From Callorhinchus milii (Eukaryota), in contig NW_024704761.1 of NCBI RefSeq assembly GCF_018977255.1, positions 1,674,001 through 1,738,000 on the forward strand: 64,000 bases of DNA. Direction: 5' to 3'. A model generated the notes under the pieces. The model was not told where the DNA came from. It saw only the letters and a list, made by a program, of their open reading frames with translations, and did not search any database. The translations under genes were made by a program, and so were the position numbers. Each line of letters begins with the position of its first letter. Within the stretch, counting starts at the first letter, position 1. Below are positions 41,480-53,400 of this stretch, piece by piece.

Positions 41480-44400
41480 GATTGAGCTGGTCTTTAAATT
41501 GCCCTGAGACTCGATTGCCTGGAAGTCTGAAAAAAGAACAATTCACATTTGACACAAATCTGCCCTAAATCCATTAAGATGCATTTCAGTGCCAAGATCT
41601 CCCCAGTCAGTTAGTTAGTCAGTCAGTACACTGATGTAATAGCACAAACTTCTGCTGCTTGTCACGAGGACTGGATCACAACAGTCTTCGGTTGAGGCTG
41701 ATGTTGGGCCGATCTTTTCCCCCCCCCACCCCACCCTCTGTCACTCATTCTTCACCCTTCGGCTGTAATTTACGGTGACTGACACGAACAGCGCTAATGA
41801 GCAAGTGGCTCATTCCCAAGTGGCAGTGACTGTCCCCGGCCTCTCCACGTCTGATCCCTGACAATCGTCTTCGACAGCCCGGGGTCTAGGCAGATATTTT
41901 GGGAGGTTTTTGTTGTGAAAATAACACAGCGTTGAATGCCATCTTCTTTACTGACGGCCTGGGTTCGAACAGACTTATGTTAAGATCACACTTCACGTCA
42001 GATAAACCGCTGGCTCGGTTTGTGTGCACGTCAGGATGCGTAACCATTGGGTGCTGAAGAAACGATGGGATCAAAGACAATGGACTCGCTCACTATTTGC
42101 TGGTGATTGTTAACACAGAAAGGTGCTGGCTCTTTGAAACAGCCACCCAACCAGTCCCAGCGACTTGTAAAGGTTTAACATAACATCCTTGCGTCACTTT
42201 ACAGTATACTGTGTGAAGGGCTTTGAGGCATCTCAAAGACGTGATAAGGCACTGCATCAAATGCCAGGATTATTATTATTATTATTATCATTTATTTCCA
42301 TGAAGATGCATCTTCCAATCAATCCTGAGTTGAAGTCGAGACAAACAACACAAATTGTGCAGGGGACTTTTAGGATTAAATCTCAAGTAAAGTTTAGGAG
42401 ATGCCCAAATCTAGTAGCGCCGCAACACACCACACAACACACCGCAACACAACACACCAACACATCACACACCACACCAACTGACCCTGGGTGGAAATGG
42501 ATTTAGACGTTTGGCATCTGAAATGCAACATTTCATACCATTTGAAAAGAAAGTCAGTGATATTGGCTTTCAGACAGTTTAGTGACATATGAGGAGACCT
42601 CGCCAAATGCCATTCTAATGTTTCAATAACTATTTATCATTTGGACTACAAACTGTCTTGAATTGCATTATTTTGGCAGCACACGAATGCCGACAGTCTC
42701 GATGATCGTCATGTGCGTTGGAGAACAATGGCATAGTTGGATTAATTACCAATTGTTTATTGGTTTGGGAGTCGTGTTGCATCCAATATTGTACATGGCC
42801 ATGATCTGGGGCTCTCTAGGTATGCAGTCCTGGCAACAAGCACGCCACAAACAAAACAAGCGTGCTCACTGGAGTAATAAATATCTAGACAACAAGACAC
42901 CGATTACCTCAATCCCTCGGGGAGTCCTGTAAAATCGCTCGCATTCAATTAAATAGATTAGAAATAGAAAGCTCTGGCACGGACTGAATGGGTTTGTTCA
43001 GAGCGCAAATTGTACTCTGGAACCTTCAAGCAGAACCGAAGTGAGCACGTCAGAGGCCCTGCTGATGGCTCAGTGACAGCCAGACTGAGCCAGACTGCGC
43101 AGAGTGTCTCTACATCAGAAACTTTGGTCTGTGATGCGATGGTTGATTTCAACTGAGGTCTACAATTCGCCTCAGTCACTAGTCGTGACTCTTCACTGAG
43201 CCACATTATATATATGTCACCCGCCATTCTAATCTATCTCCCAATCTATCCCCAGCTCACTTTATTTCATCCTCTTGCTCCTTGTTCTCTGCACAGCCAC
43301 CTGCTACTAACTTAATAATAATAATAATAATCCTCGCATGCGATATAGCATCTTATCAGGTCTTCGAGGCATCTCAAAGCGCTTCACAGGATATACTGTA
43401 AGGTGACTCGACTGTGTATTTTGTGGGCAAAATGCAGCAGCCAATTGCGCACAGCAGTGTCCAGCAAACAGTCGTGGGTTGAAGTGACCAAATTACTATT
43501 ATTATTAACTTGTTTTTTTACTGCGATTGCCTTTACCATTGAGTGACTGGTCAGGGCACCTGCTCATAAATCTCCTGGTTTTAATCAAATCGGTTTCACG
43601 TACCTGCTCTCCGGTAACGTTCCCGCCCTCCTTCACTCCGTAATGATGAGTGAAAATATCCGCCATGGTAGTCCCCTGCGTTGCACCCGGAACCGTTTCG
43701 GGGAGAAGTCGGCGGATTGCGTCTTCTGTCCATACGCAGAACGCCCCCTCCATCTTTTTATTGGACTCCGCAGTGGGATAGGAATCTGCATCCTCAGCGC
43801 TGTAGAAGCCCCCAGTCTGCCGAGACCGAAAGAGTTTAAACGGTCATATAAAGGCAGGCAACAGCCCGTGGCCACCTTTACCGATGGAGCTCATTAAACT
43901 TACACTGCAATTCATCTCAAACGTGCTTAAACTACCTTACTCCACCAGGCAATCCGAGGCACCTTCAGGCTTCAAGATGGGTGTCTGCAAGAATTGCCCG
44001 GCAGAATATTTCTCAAGGTAAGTGAGAGTTACTGAAACTATTAAACAATAATAATAATCCTTGCATTTGATACAGCGCCTTATCATGTCTTCGAGATGTC
44101 TCAAAGCGCTTCACAGGACACACTGTAAAGTGAATTGACTGTGTTTTGTGGGCGAAACGTGGCCTGAATCTATTTGGCTGATGGAATGAAAGACGACTGT
44201 CAGCGATAATGGACATATTGTGAAATGTGTGGGGTTTTTTTGCATTCATTTGTACTAAGAATTACAAATACATTTCAGCGACTTGTTCCCCTGATATTTG
44301 CTAACAGTCAATCAAGTTTTGAACGACTGGATCAAACGGCTGCACTACACCAAGCTCCTACTTTGGGAACAGATCACAAGATTGATTTTATCCCCCCGCC

Positions 44401-47400
44401 CCTCTCATCAACGTCAAGCTCAACGTGATCCCAGTGGAAGTAATTAAGATAGTTTACACACGGCTTCGGTTATTTTTATGCTGTTCGTGATTTTTGTGCA
44501 GATTGACAAGCCTGAAAGTCGGCCAATGACTGTGCTTTGTTTTATTCATGATAATAATAATCTTTACATTTGATAACAACAATTACAGATGACACTTCCA
44601 CAGTCCCTTTCACGTTGGGAGGATGTCCCAAGGCGGTGGACAGTCAGGGATTTGGACCGGAGCTGGGGGTTGGGATCAGATGGGGTGGAGGGCAAGGAGG
44701 GTGGAGGGTAGTATGGAGGCCAGAGGTGCAGTCGAAGAGGAGGGTCTTGAGACTTGCCTTGAAGGAGGCGAGGAAGCCTTTTACGTCGTTCAGGCATTTT
44801 AAAGTACCTCACAGGTTTTAGTGTGAAATTTAGTGACTGTGTATTTTGTAGGGGAATGAGGCAGCCAATTTGCAGACAGCAATGTCCCACAAAACAGCCA
44901 CAAAGTGAATAACCAATTTCTTTTTTTTAATTTAAAAGTGAGGACGAGGATCTTGAACACGTCTCAAAGCGCTTCACAGGATTTACTGTAAAGTGGTGTG
45001 ACTATACTTTGTGAGCGTTTTGTAGATCGCCTGTTGCAATGGCCAGGGTTACAATTCAATCCACAATTACAATTCCAGCAGCAACTTAAAAGGCAAAAAA
45101 CAGAACCTTACCGGGTCACTTAAATCTCGCGAGACGTACTGCAAAATGTCCCGAGCAACATCTTTAAAGAACGAGTCGCCAGATATCTGTGAGGAGACAG
45201 ATCAAGGTTTATATAGTGAACCAAAGGCTGTGGGAAAAACAAGGGAATCCTATCCAAACTGACATGAAAGCAACGATGGAATATACAGTCAATTCTCTTT
45301 ACAGCGTATCCTGTGAAGCGTTTTGAGACGTCTCGAAGGCGTGACAAGGCACCGTGTCAAATGTAAGGATTATTGTTATCAAGATTTGTAAACTCTTTTG
45401 CGGCTGAACACACACAGGGTTTAAGAGGCTGAGATCAGTCAAACTCCCAGGTTTTTAAACTGCTCACCTTTTAAGTGCTCTTCTTGAGTTTGCTGGTGAC
45501 CCAGTGAGCACTCAGCAGGGGAAAGAGTGTCTAAGAACCTTCTTTTCTCAACTCACTTTAAATCACTTGCAGTATGATCAGCTGCGCTTACAAACATTTC
45601 CCCTGTTCAGGCAGTTTTGTCGATCAAACTAACTATCAGTGGGAGCTCAAGAGGTGGTTACTAAGCTCTCTACAGGCTCCTGTTGGTGACAGAGGTGTAC
45701 TGAACCATCACGCTGACTATTTTATACAGTAACAATAATCCTTCCATTTGATGTCGCGCCTTATCGCATTGTTGAGACGTCTCAAAGCTCTTCACAAAAC
45801 ATACTGTAAAGTGGAATTGACTTGTGTATTTTGTGGGCAAAGAGAGTTTTGATCAAACGTTCCTTCCAATGTTCCTCAGATAACTTCTATTTGCCTCAGG
45901 TTCCTCTTGAAATATGTTCCTTTGAATCCTTTGAACTGTTTCTGCCTGGCCTCAGGGGGTTGACCTCCTTATTTCGCCATTCTGGTCTCGGTCTCTCTGT
46001 TTTATTCTCAAATCCTCGGAAGACAATCTGGCTCCGATACTGCACCAGAAAGCTGCCCTCTTTTCTATCTTTCCCCTGATCCCAACAGACACTGACTCCG
46101 GAGTCAGATGATTATTTTTTTTTGAAACTTTGAAAGTTTGTCAAGCTCTTTTAGGCTGGGTCTGAGATCCTATTTCCACCGATCCAGATTGAAAGGAACA
46201 GGTTGGGTTAGTAAGTTATATTATAATATAATAATAACAATCCTTGCATTTGATATAGCGCCTTATCGAGACATCTCATAGCGATTCACAGAATGTACTG
46301 TAAAGTGAATTGACTGTATATTTTGTGGGCAAAATGCGGCAGCCAATTACGCACAGCAGCGTCCCACATACAGTCGTGGATTGAGTGACCACATTTTTTT
46401 TTAAGTTATTATTACCCCCGGAAAAGCCATATGCAAATCGACTAACAACCTTGTTCCTACTCACTGCTAGGTAAACAGAGGTGTGTGGAGTAAGGACACT
46501 TGCCCAACCTTTTGCCCTGCCTGGGAATCGAACCCAGGTCCTCTCGTTTGCGAGGCGAGTGCTCTAACCACTAAGTTACAGGACTCCACCATGGGGGGGG
46601 CAGAACGCAGAGGGTTTTGCTCCCTAAATGGCTGTGCTACACCCTTTCCCAGGAGCACTCAACAGTGACGCTGGTCACCGGAAATAAAATTTTTCCTACT
46701 TTTGCCAACAAGAAAGTCACTGCACGTGATGGTAATCACAGAGGAGCATTTCACTGAGGCTATAAAAACGCATTCTCTCTCTCTCTCTCTTTCTCTTCAT
46801 TCTATTTCCCAGCCCTAACGTTCCTCGTGCCCTTTCCAAAATAAAATAAAAAGATTTAGGATCAGATGGAAATCTATCCCACTTTCCCAACTCGGCACAG
46901 ATAGACACACACACACACACACACAACCTCCGTCACCACCCTAAAAAGCTAACAGCACCGAAAACAGAAGAGACAGAGAGTGCAAAAAAAAAAGGCACTT
47001 TCAATTAGGAAACTGACAGGCGCCAGATTAAATTGGAGGCTTTTATCTACGGAAATGATTTTACAATTGCTTCTCATTACACCTCAAGAAGGACGGCTGC
47101 AGGTGCAATGTAATGGGATCCGTGGCTGACTTTCGTTCGCTGGCTGAGCAGCGCAGACACAGGTGGTTTGACACTCCATTCTCTTCTCATTTCCTGCGAG
47201 TGGGGTCGCGTTATTGATTCGAACAAATCACTGTTTGATTAATAGATAGATATTTTTTTAAACTCGCTGATGTGTAGCTGTCACCTGGGGAATAGAGGAG
47301 GGAATTGAACTAAAGTACTAACAGGGTCTATGGCAGAGAGCTGCAACCGTTGATTCTCCTGTGGGTAACGCTGAAAGCATAATTACAACTTGCTTCAAAA

Positions 47401-50400
47401 GTAGAGAGAAATGTACATTTCACGCCCATGCGGTTCACCAATCCACGACTGTTTGTGGGGACCCTGCTGTGTGCAATTGGCTGCCGTGTTTCGCCCACAA
47501 AATGCAGACACTCCACTTTACAATATATCCTGTGAGGCACTTTGAGACGTCTCAATGATGTGATAAAGCGCCGTGTCAAATGCAAGGAATATCATCATTA
47601 TTATTATTATGCAGATTAATCACACTCTGGGCTTCAAAAAGCCAGGCTGATGGAGAGATCACAAAATAATGCATTTGAACAGTGCTTTATCTCATTACAA
47701 AAGTGTCTCAAATTGCCAAAATAATGCAGAGGCTAATTATTCGCAGAGAGAGCAGGGAATGTCTCCCAGGTCCTGGCCAACAGAAAAACCCAAATAGAAA
47801 AAGATGGCAATTCACCGCACAGCTGTTTGTGGGAAATTGATGCACATAAATTAGCTGCTGCATACACCTGCAAATTACACAGTCACTACACTTTACAGTG
47901 TATCCTGTGAAGTGCTTTAAGCCATCCTCCCGATTTGAAAAGCACCAGGGATTATTATTTATTAAGTGCTGATGTGAGGATTCAGACTCAAGGTGAGGCT
48001 GCTATAAATTGAGCCCGAGTGCTTTGCTGAAGATCATAAAACCGCTGTTACGGTCTGGAACGCACTGCCTGAGAGGGTGGAGGAAGCAGATTCGATAGTA
48101 GCTTTCAAAAGGGAATTTGATATGGGGTAAGAGCGGGGGAAGTGGAACTAGTTGGGTAGTTCTTTCAAACAGTCACGATGGGCTGAATGGCCTCCTTCTG
48201 TGCTGTAAGATTCTATGATTCTTTAAAGGTAGAAATAAATTGAACCCCAAAATGTCCACCCAATCTCTGAGACTGGCTGCTGGTCTGGAGAACCTTTGAA
48301 CAACAACAAAATTACATTTGTGTAGCGCCTTTTTATAGCTGGACAGTCAGTGTTTAAGTACAGTGAACTGAAGCACGAAACGTTAAAACTAAAGTATTCG
48401 AGACAAAATGTGACGAACGCGATCACAGTGACACCCAGGAACACTGACGACTTCAGTTGCCACAGACATTTTGGGATGGTTTACCAGTGTCCTCCAGTGG
48501 CCAATTCCAGGTAACGTAATGGGAAAACACTTTTTTTTGTTTCCACGAAAATTTCCAGTCAATTCACTTTACAGCATATTCTGTGAAGCGCTTTGAGACA
48601 TCTCGAAGACGTGAGGAGGCGCTGTATCAAATGCGAGGATTATATTATATTATTATTATATTATTATTCCAGAGCTTTTCTCTTACCTGGTAAGCGTCTG
48701 TGAAAGCCAAAGCCAGCTGTGCCTGATCATACAGCATCTTCTCAAAATGCGGAACGTGCCATTCCCCATCTGTGGAGTAACGATGAAAGCCCTACCGGGC
48801 ACAAACACAATAAGGGGGGGATTAATAGAGCAGCATCTCAGAAGACGGGCAATTTCTCCAAGTCAATAGCCATTGCGGTCGACATGAACAACAATTACAT
48901 TTGTATTGCGGGGGTTGGGATCAGGAGGGGTGGAGGGCAGGAAGGGTAGGGGTAGGAAAGTGACTGAAGACAACAAATAAACAAATAAATAAAATAATAA
49001 GAATTTGGTCACCCAATCCACGACTTGTTTGTGGGGATGCCGCAGTGCGCAATTGGCTGCCGCGTTTCGCCCCCAAAATATATAGTCAATTCACTTGACA
49101 GGGTATCCTGTGAAGCACTTTGAGACGTCTCGAAGCCGTGAAAAGGTGCTGTATCAAATGCGAGGATTATTATTATTATCTTCCTACCTGCCCAACGTGA
49201 TCCCGGATTCCTCCCAGAGCCATCATTTTCAGTGTGTGCAAAGCCATCTCCAGGGCCCGCACGCCCTTCGCTGACGTCTTCTTCAGCGCCCAGAAGTGGA
49301 ACAGGAAACGGAAGTTCACTGCTCAAAACAATTGGATCAAAAGAATCACAAAGTTAGGAAGAGATCGCGAATTTGCGACAATTACTATCGCCGGCCTGCG
49401 ATATCCTGCCCAAACCAGCTCCCATTTGTACTACTGTCCAGTATTCATTCCTGCTCATTTCCCATCCCAAATCCCCCTGTGTTATTCCTTCTAGTTGTGT
49501 GACATCAACTGGCATTTCATCCGAGGAGCTAATCACCATGTGCCAGACTAACCAGTCAGCAAATATGTGTGGTTGGAGGAGGGAGAAGAATCACACCTGA
49601 GCAACAGGATAGCAAACAGCAATGGGAACCAAAGCCTAAATTCACCTACAAAACACACACTTTACAGGAACTCCTGTGAAACCAGGGAAGGGGGGGACCC
49701 CGGAAGTGGAGCAGGGAGGAGAGAGAGAGAGAGAGGGAGAGATGGTGAAGGACGGTTGAAGTAACAAAAAGATCAATAATAATAGTAATAATTCTTGCAT
49801 TTGATTTGGAGCTTTATCATGTCTTCTAAGCTATAGGACTCCACGGTGGCACTTGTGCTCCTCACCCGCTGAAGGGAACTTAGGTGACGTGCTGAACCCT
49901 CCATATTCTTCTTCATAGGAATGAGCCAGTTGCTGGAAACACCTCTCCGTCACCTCTTGCCAGTCCGGTGGCATCTCTCCGGCCTTGGCGTTAACCAATG
50001 TCGCCTTCTGCAACACCGAAAGGATCTTGTCGCTGCGCTCAGTCAAGGCCTTTTGGTTTTCCTTCCACTGAAATGAAAAAAGATTTTTTTTTTTAAGAAG
50101 GTGAATCAAAAGGTGGAAATCTGAACAGTTTAAGAAACATTTCTGGCCTGTTCCAGCTTCATTTTTGTGTACATAGATAAATAAAATGGATCACTCACTC
50201 CGGGGCTATTTGTGGGACGTTGCTGTGCTGTGTGCAACTGGCTGCTGTGTTTCGCTTACAAAATACACATTCAAAAAACACTTTATAGTATATTCTGCGA
50301 AGAGCTTTTTAGCACGTCACGACGACGCGATAAGGCGCTGTATCAAATGCAAAGGTTATTATTATTACATAAGTTAGCTGATAACAGTAATCCGTTCTCT

Positions 50401-53400
50401 CTCCACAAATGCATCCCTTTGGCCTCCTGAACTACAGGACATACACCTCTGCTTCAGTGACCTGCTCTAAACAGTTTATTCCAGTCTGTTCCCCCTTGAG
50501 CAAACTTCTCTCCTTATCTTAACAATGCTTGCATTTGATATTGCGCCTTATCACGTCTTCGAGACGTCGCAAAGTGCTTCACAGAATATACTGTAAAGTG
50601 GAGTGACTGGGTATTTTGTGGGCGAAACGCAGCAGCCAATTGCGCACAGCAGTGTCTCACACTCACACAGTCGCGGATTAACTAACCAATTTTTTTTTGC
50701 AGTGTGTGTTTCTTGATCACTCAATAGGTGATGTATTCTCCGCCCACCCACCCCCCCTAACCCATCGCCCTCCCTTACCTGCTCAGACAGGTTCTGTAGG
50801 ACAGTTTTGAAGCCTGGTCTGTGTAAGGTGTCCTCGGGTGGAAAGTACGTCCCTCCAACAAATGGCTTGAGCTCAGGAGTCAGCCAGACACTCATTGGCC
50901 AGCCGCCTCCTCCACTTATTGCCTGTGAGAGAGAAAAAAACATCACAATAATAATCCTTACATTATATACCAATGAACTATCTCAAAGCTCTCATTGAAG
51001 CATAGAAATGGGAGGAGGCCATTCAGCCCCTCAAGCCTGTTCCGCCGTTCTATGAGATCATGACTGATCTGTACCTCAGCTCCAATTGCCCGCCATTGCC
51101 CCGTATCCCTTAATATCCTGACCTAACAAACATCTATCCACTTCGGTCTCGACAGTTATCTGTAAATTGTAGCGACAATGTAATTGTAAGGGAAAGGTCG
51201 CTGAGACGTCTCAAAGCGCTTCACAGAATATACTGTAAAGTGACTCTATATTTTGTGAACTGTAAAGCAAATGCTAAGCCTTTATTGCTTGTGACCGTCT
51301 GTAAACATTTGCTACAATTAGCACCCACATTAGTCCCAGACGCACTAATCACTGGCCCGAAAGATGGCGGCTGACATTCACCTGTACAAATGCCATATAA
51401 ACTTTATCTATATCTGGCCTCTCCTCCCGGTCCACTTTGATGCAAACAAAATTGTTGTTCAATATTTTTCCGATCTCTTCATTCTCAAATGATTCGCACT
51501 CCATGACATGGCACCAATGGCAGGTGGAGTAGCCAACTGCGGAGGGAAGAAATGGAAATCTGTGAATGGAAGATGGAATCTGGAGCCACAGCTCCGCCCT
51601 GCGCTCCTCACAAGAGGCAAGGAAGAAGAAATCCGAAGGGTCTTCGTCTGATCCGCTCAACTGGCCTCCTGCATGTCCCTCGTGCCCTGCGTTCCACCAT
51701 CAGTGGCCGCCCTTTCAGCCACCGTGCCCCGAAACTGTGGAACTGTCTTCCTCTATCTCTCCGCCTTGCCCCTGTCTTCCCCATCTTCAGGTCGTGCCTG
51801 AAGACCTTCCTCCTCGATCGACCGTGCCTACGGTCACTACCCCCCACCCGGCTCAGCGCTGTGCTCCGCCACTGTCAAGCGCTCTGGGACGCTGCCCTGC
51901 GTGAGGGGCGCTCGCTGTGTAAATACAAGTTGTTGTTGTTGCAGTAAACCTATGATTCCCGGCGACTGGTTTCGCATCTGTAATAAATTAAGACTGATCC
52001 TTGCTCACAGCGTACCTGACAGGAATATCGGTTTGTTCTCTTTCCTCGCTTTGTCAAAGGCTTCCTGTCCCCAAGGATACCTGGAGGGTCAAAACAAGAA
52101 GGTCCCAGTCAGTCAGTAACTCCATAAACAACACCCCGGGTTTATTCCTACAGCCCCTGGCTGTTTCGCTGCAGAAATTCAGCCTTGGTTTAGTGCGATG
52201 GGAGTTACAATTCAGCAAAGGTTAAACTCCAGCAGTTACCCCAACCGTACCCGGGCAATTCCTTCCGGGTCTCTGAAAAAGACCTTCAATTGCTGAAAGC
52301 AACAGAGAGCGAGTTACCAGTCCACGGGGTTGTGAGCGTGCTGCAGGAGGTAGGGCGACTTCTCGTGGATGAGCCGGTTGGTGCGCTGTTTGGAATCAGG
52401 CGAGGGTGGTGATGGCGGCCATCTTTCGCTGCCGCCTGTCGCCATAGCTACAAGTGCTACTCGTGCCGGGCTTCTCTTTGGGTAACTCCTCCTAGCGATT
52501 CAAACAGAGAAAGCGGCACTCCATAAACATGGCAACAACAGCTTGTGTTTACAGGGCGCCCTTCGCGCCGGACGTCTTCTCGGGGAGTTTAACAATGGCG
52601 GAGCCCGATGCCAGCAACAACCAAAAGGTACATGTGTGTACGTGGGATACATCCCCCCACCACCACCCCCACCGCCCATATCGCATCGAAACTTCTCAAA
52701 GCGCTTTACGGTAGGTGGGTCAAGCACAGAAACTCTTCTAACACCGGAGAAAAGATCTGACCTGCACACACGCCAAATACCGTAGGAGGGAAATTGAACT
52801 GTCTGGTAGTATTCAGGCCTTTCACACTCAGTTGAGTACAGGATTACTGAGCACCTGGGTTTAAGTCCTTCCAGGCACAGTGCCCGTCTACAACATACAA
52901 CGACTACAATTTACAAGATGTCCTCCAGACCTGAAAGGCACTATATCATTTGTAAGGATTATTATTATTAAGAGTATCCCAAATGACTTTCCTCTATGAA
53001 GGGCAGCGATTCCACCGGTAACTCGATCAACGAGAATTTTTTTTGAACGTCAACGTCAGATAGATCCTCCCCGAGATTAGCAGCTCAATTAAACCCAATA
53101 GGAATTACTGCATTAAACCCGGGTCCCTCCCTGCTCTTCCCCCTCAGGTGCAATGCAGTACATTTGTGATGTCACGATGCTCGTGACATGTATTGATCTG
53201 GACATATCGAGATAACAAATGTATTCGGACAAGATACTGAATTGAGATGCCCTGTGGCCCGTTCAGGTGGATTGTGAAGGATCCCACGGCACTGCTGGAA
53301 AAGAGAAAGGAGTTTCCGCCGGCGTTGCGACGACCGGTTTCCCGCGGATAAGATCGATGGTCAACTTTGCGGCTGTTCGCGGGGCGTCGCAGTGCGCGAA

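Noticed and set aside
2163-50430. Recurring short ORFs with [13 protein letters not shown] / [12 protein letters not shown] peptides
   Set aside because: Translations of the non-coding SINE 3' tail, not a peptide family.
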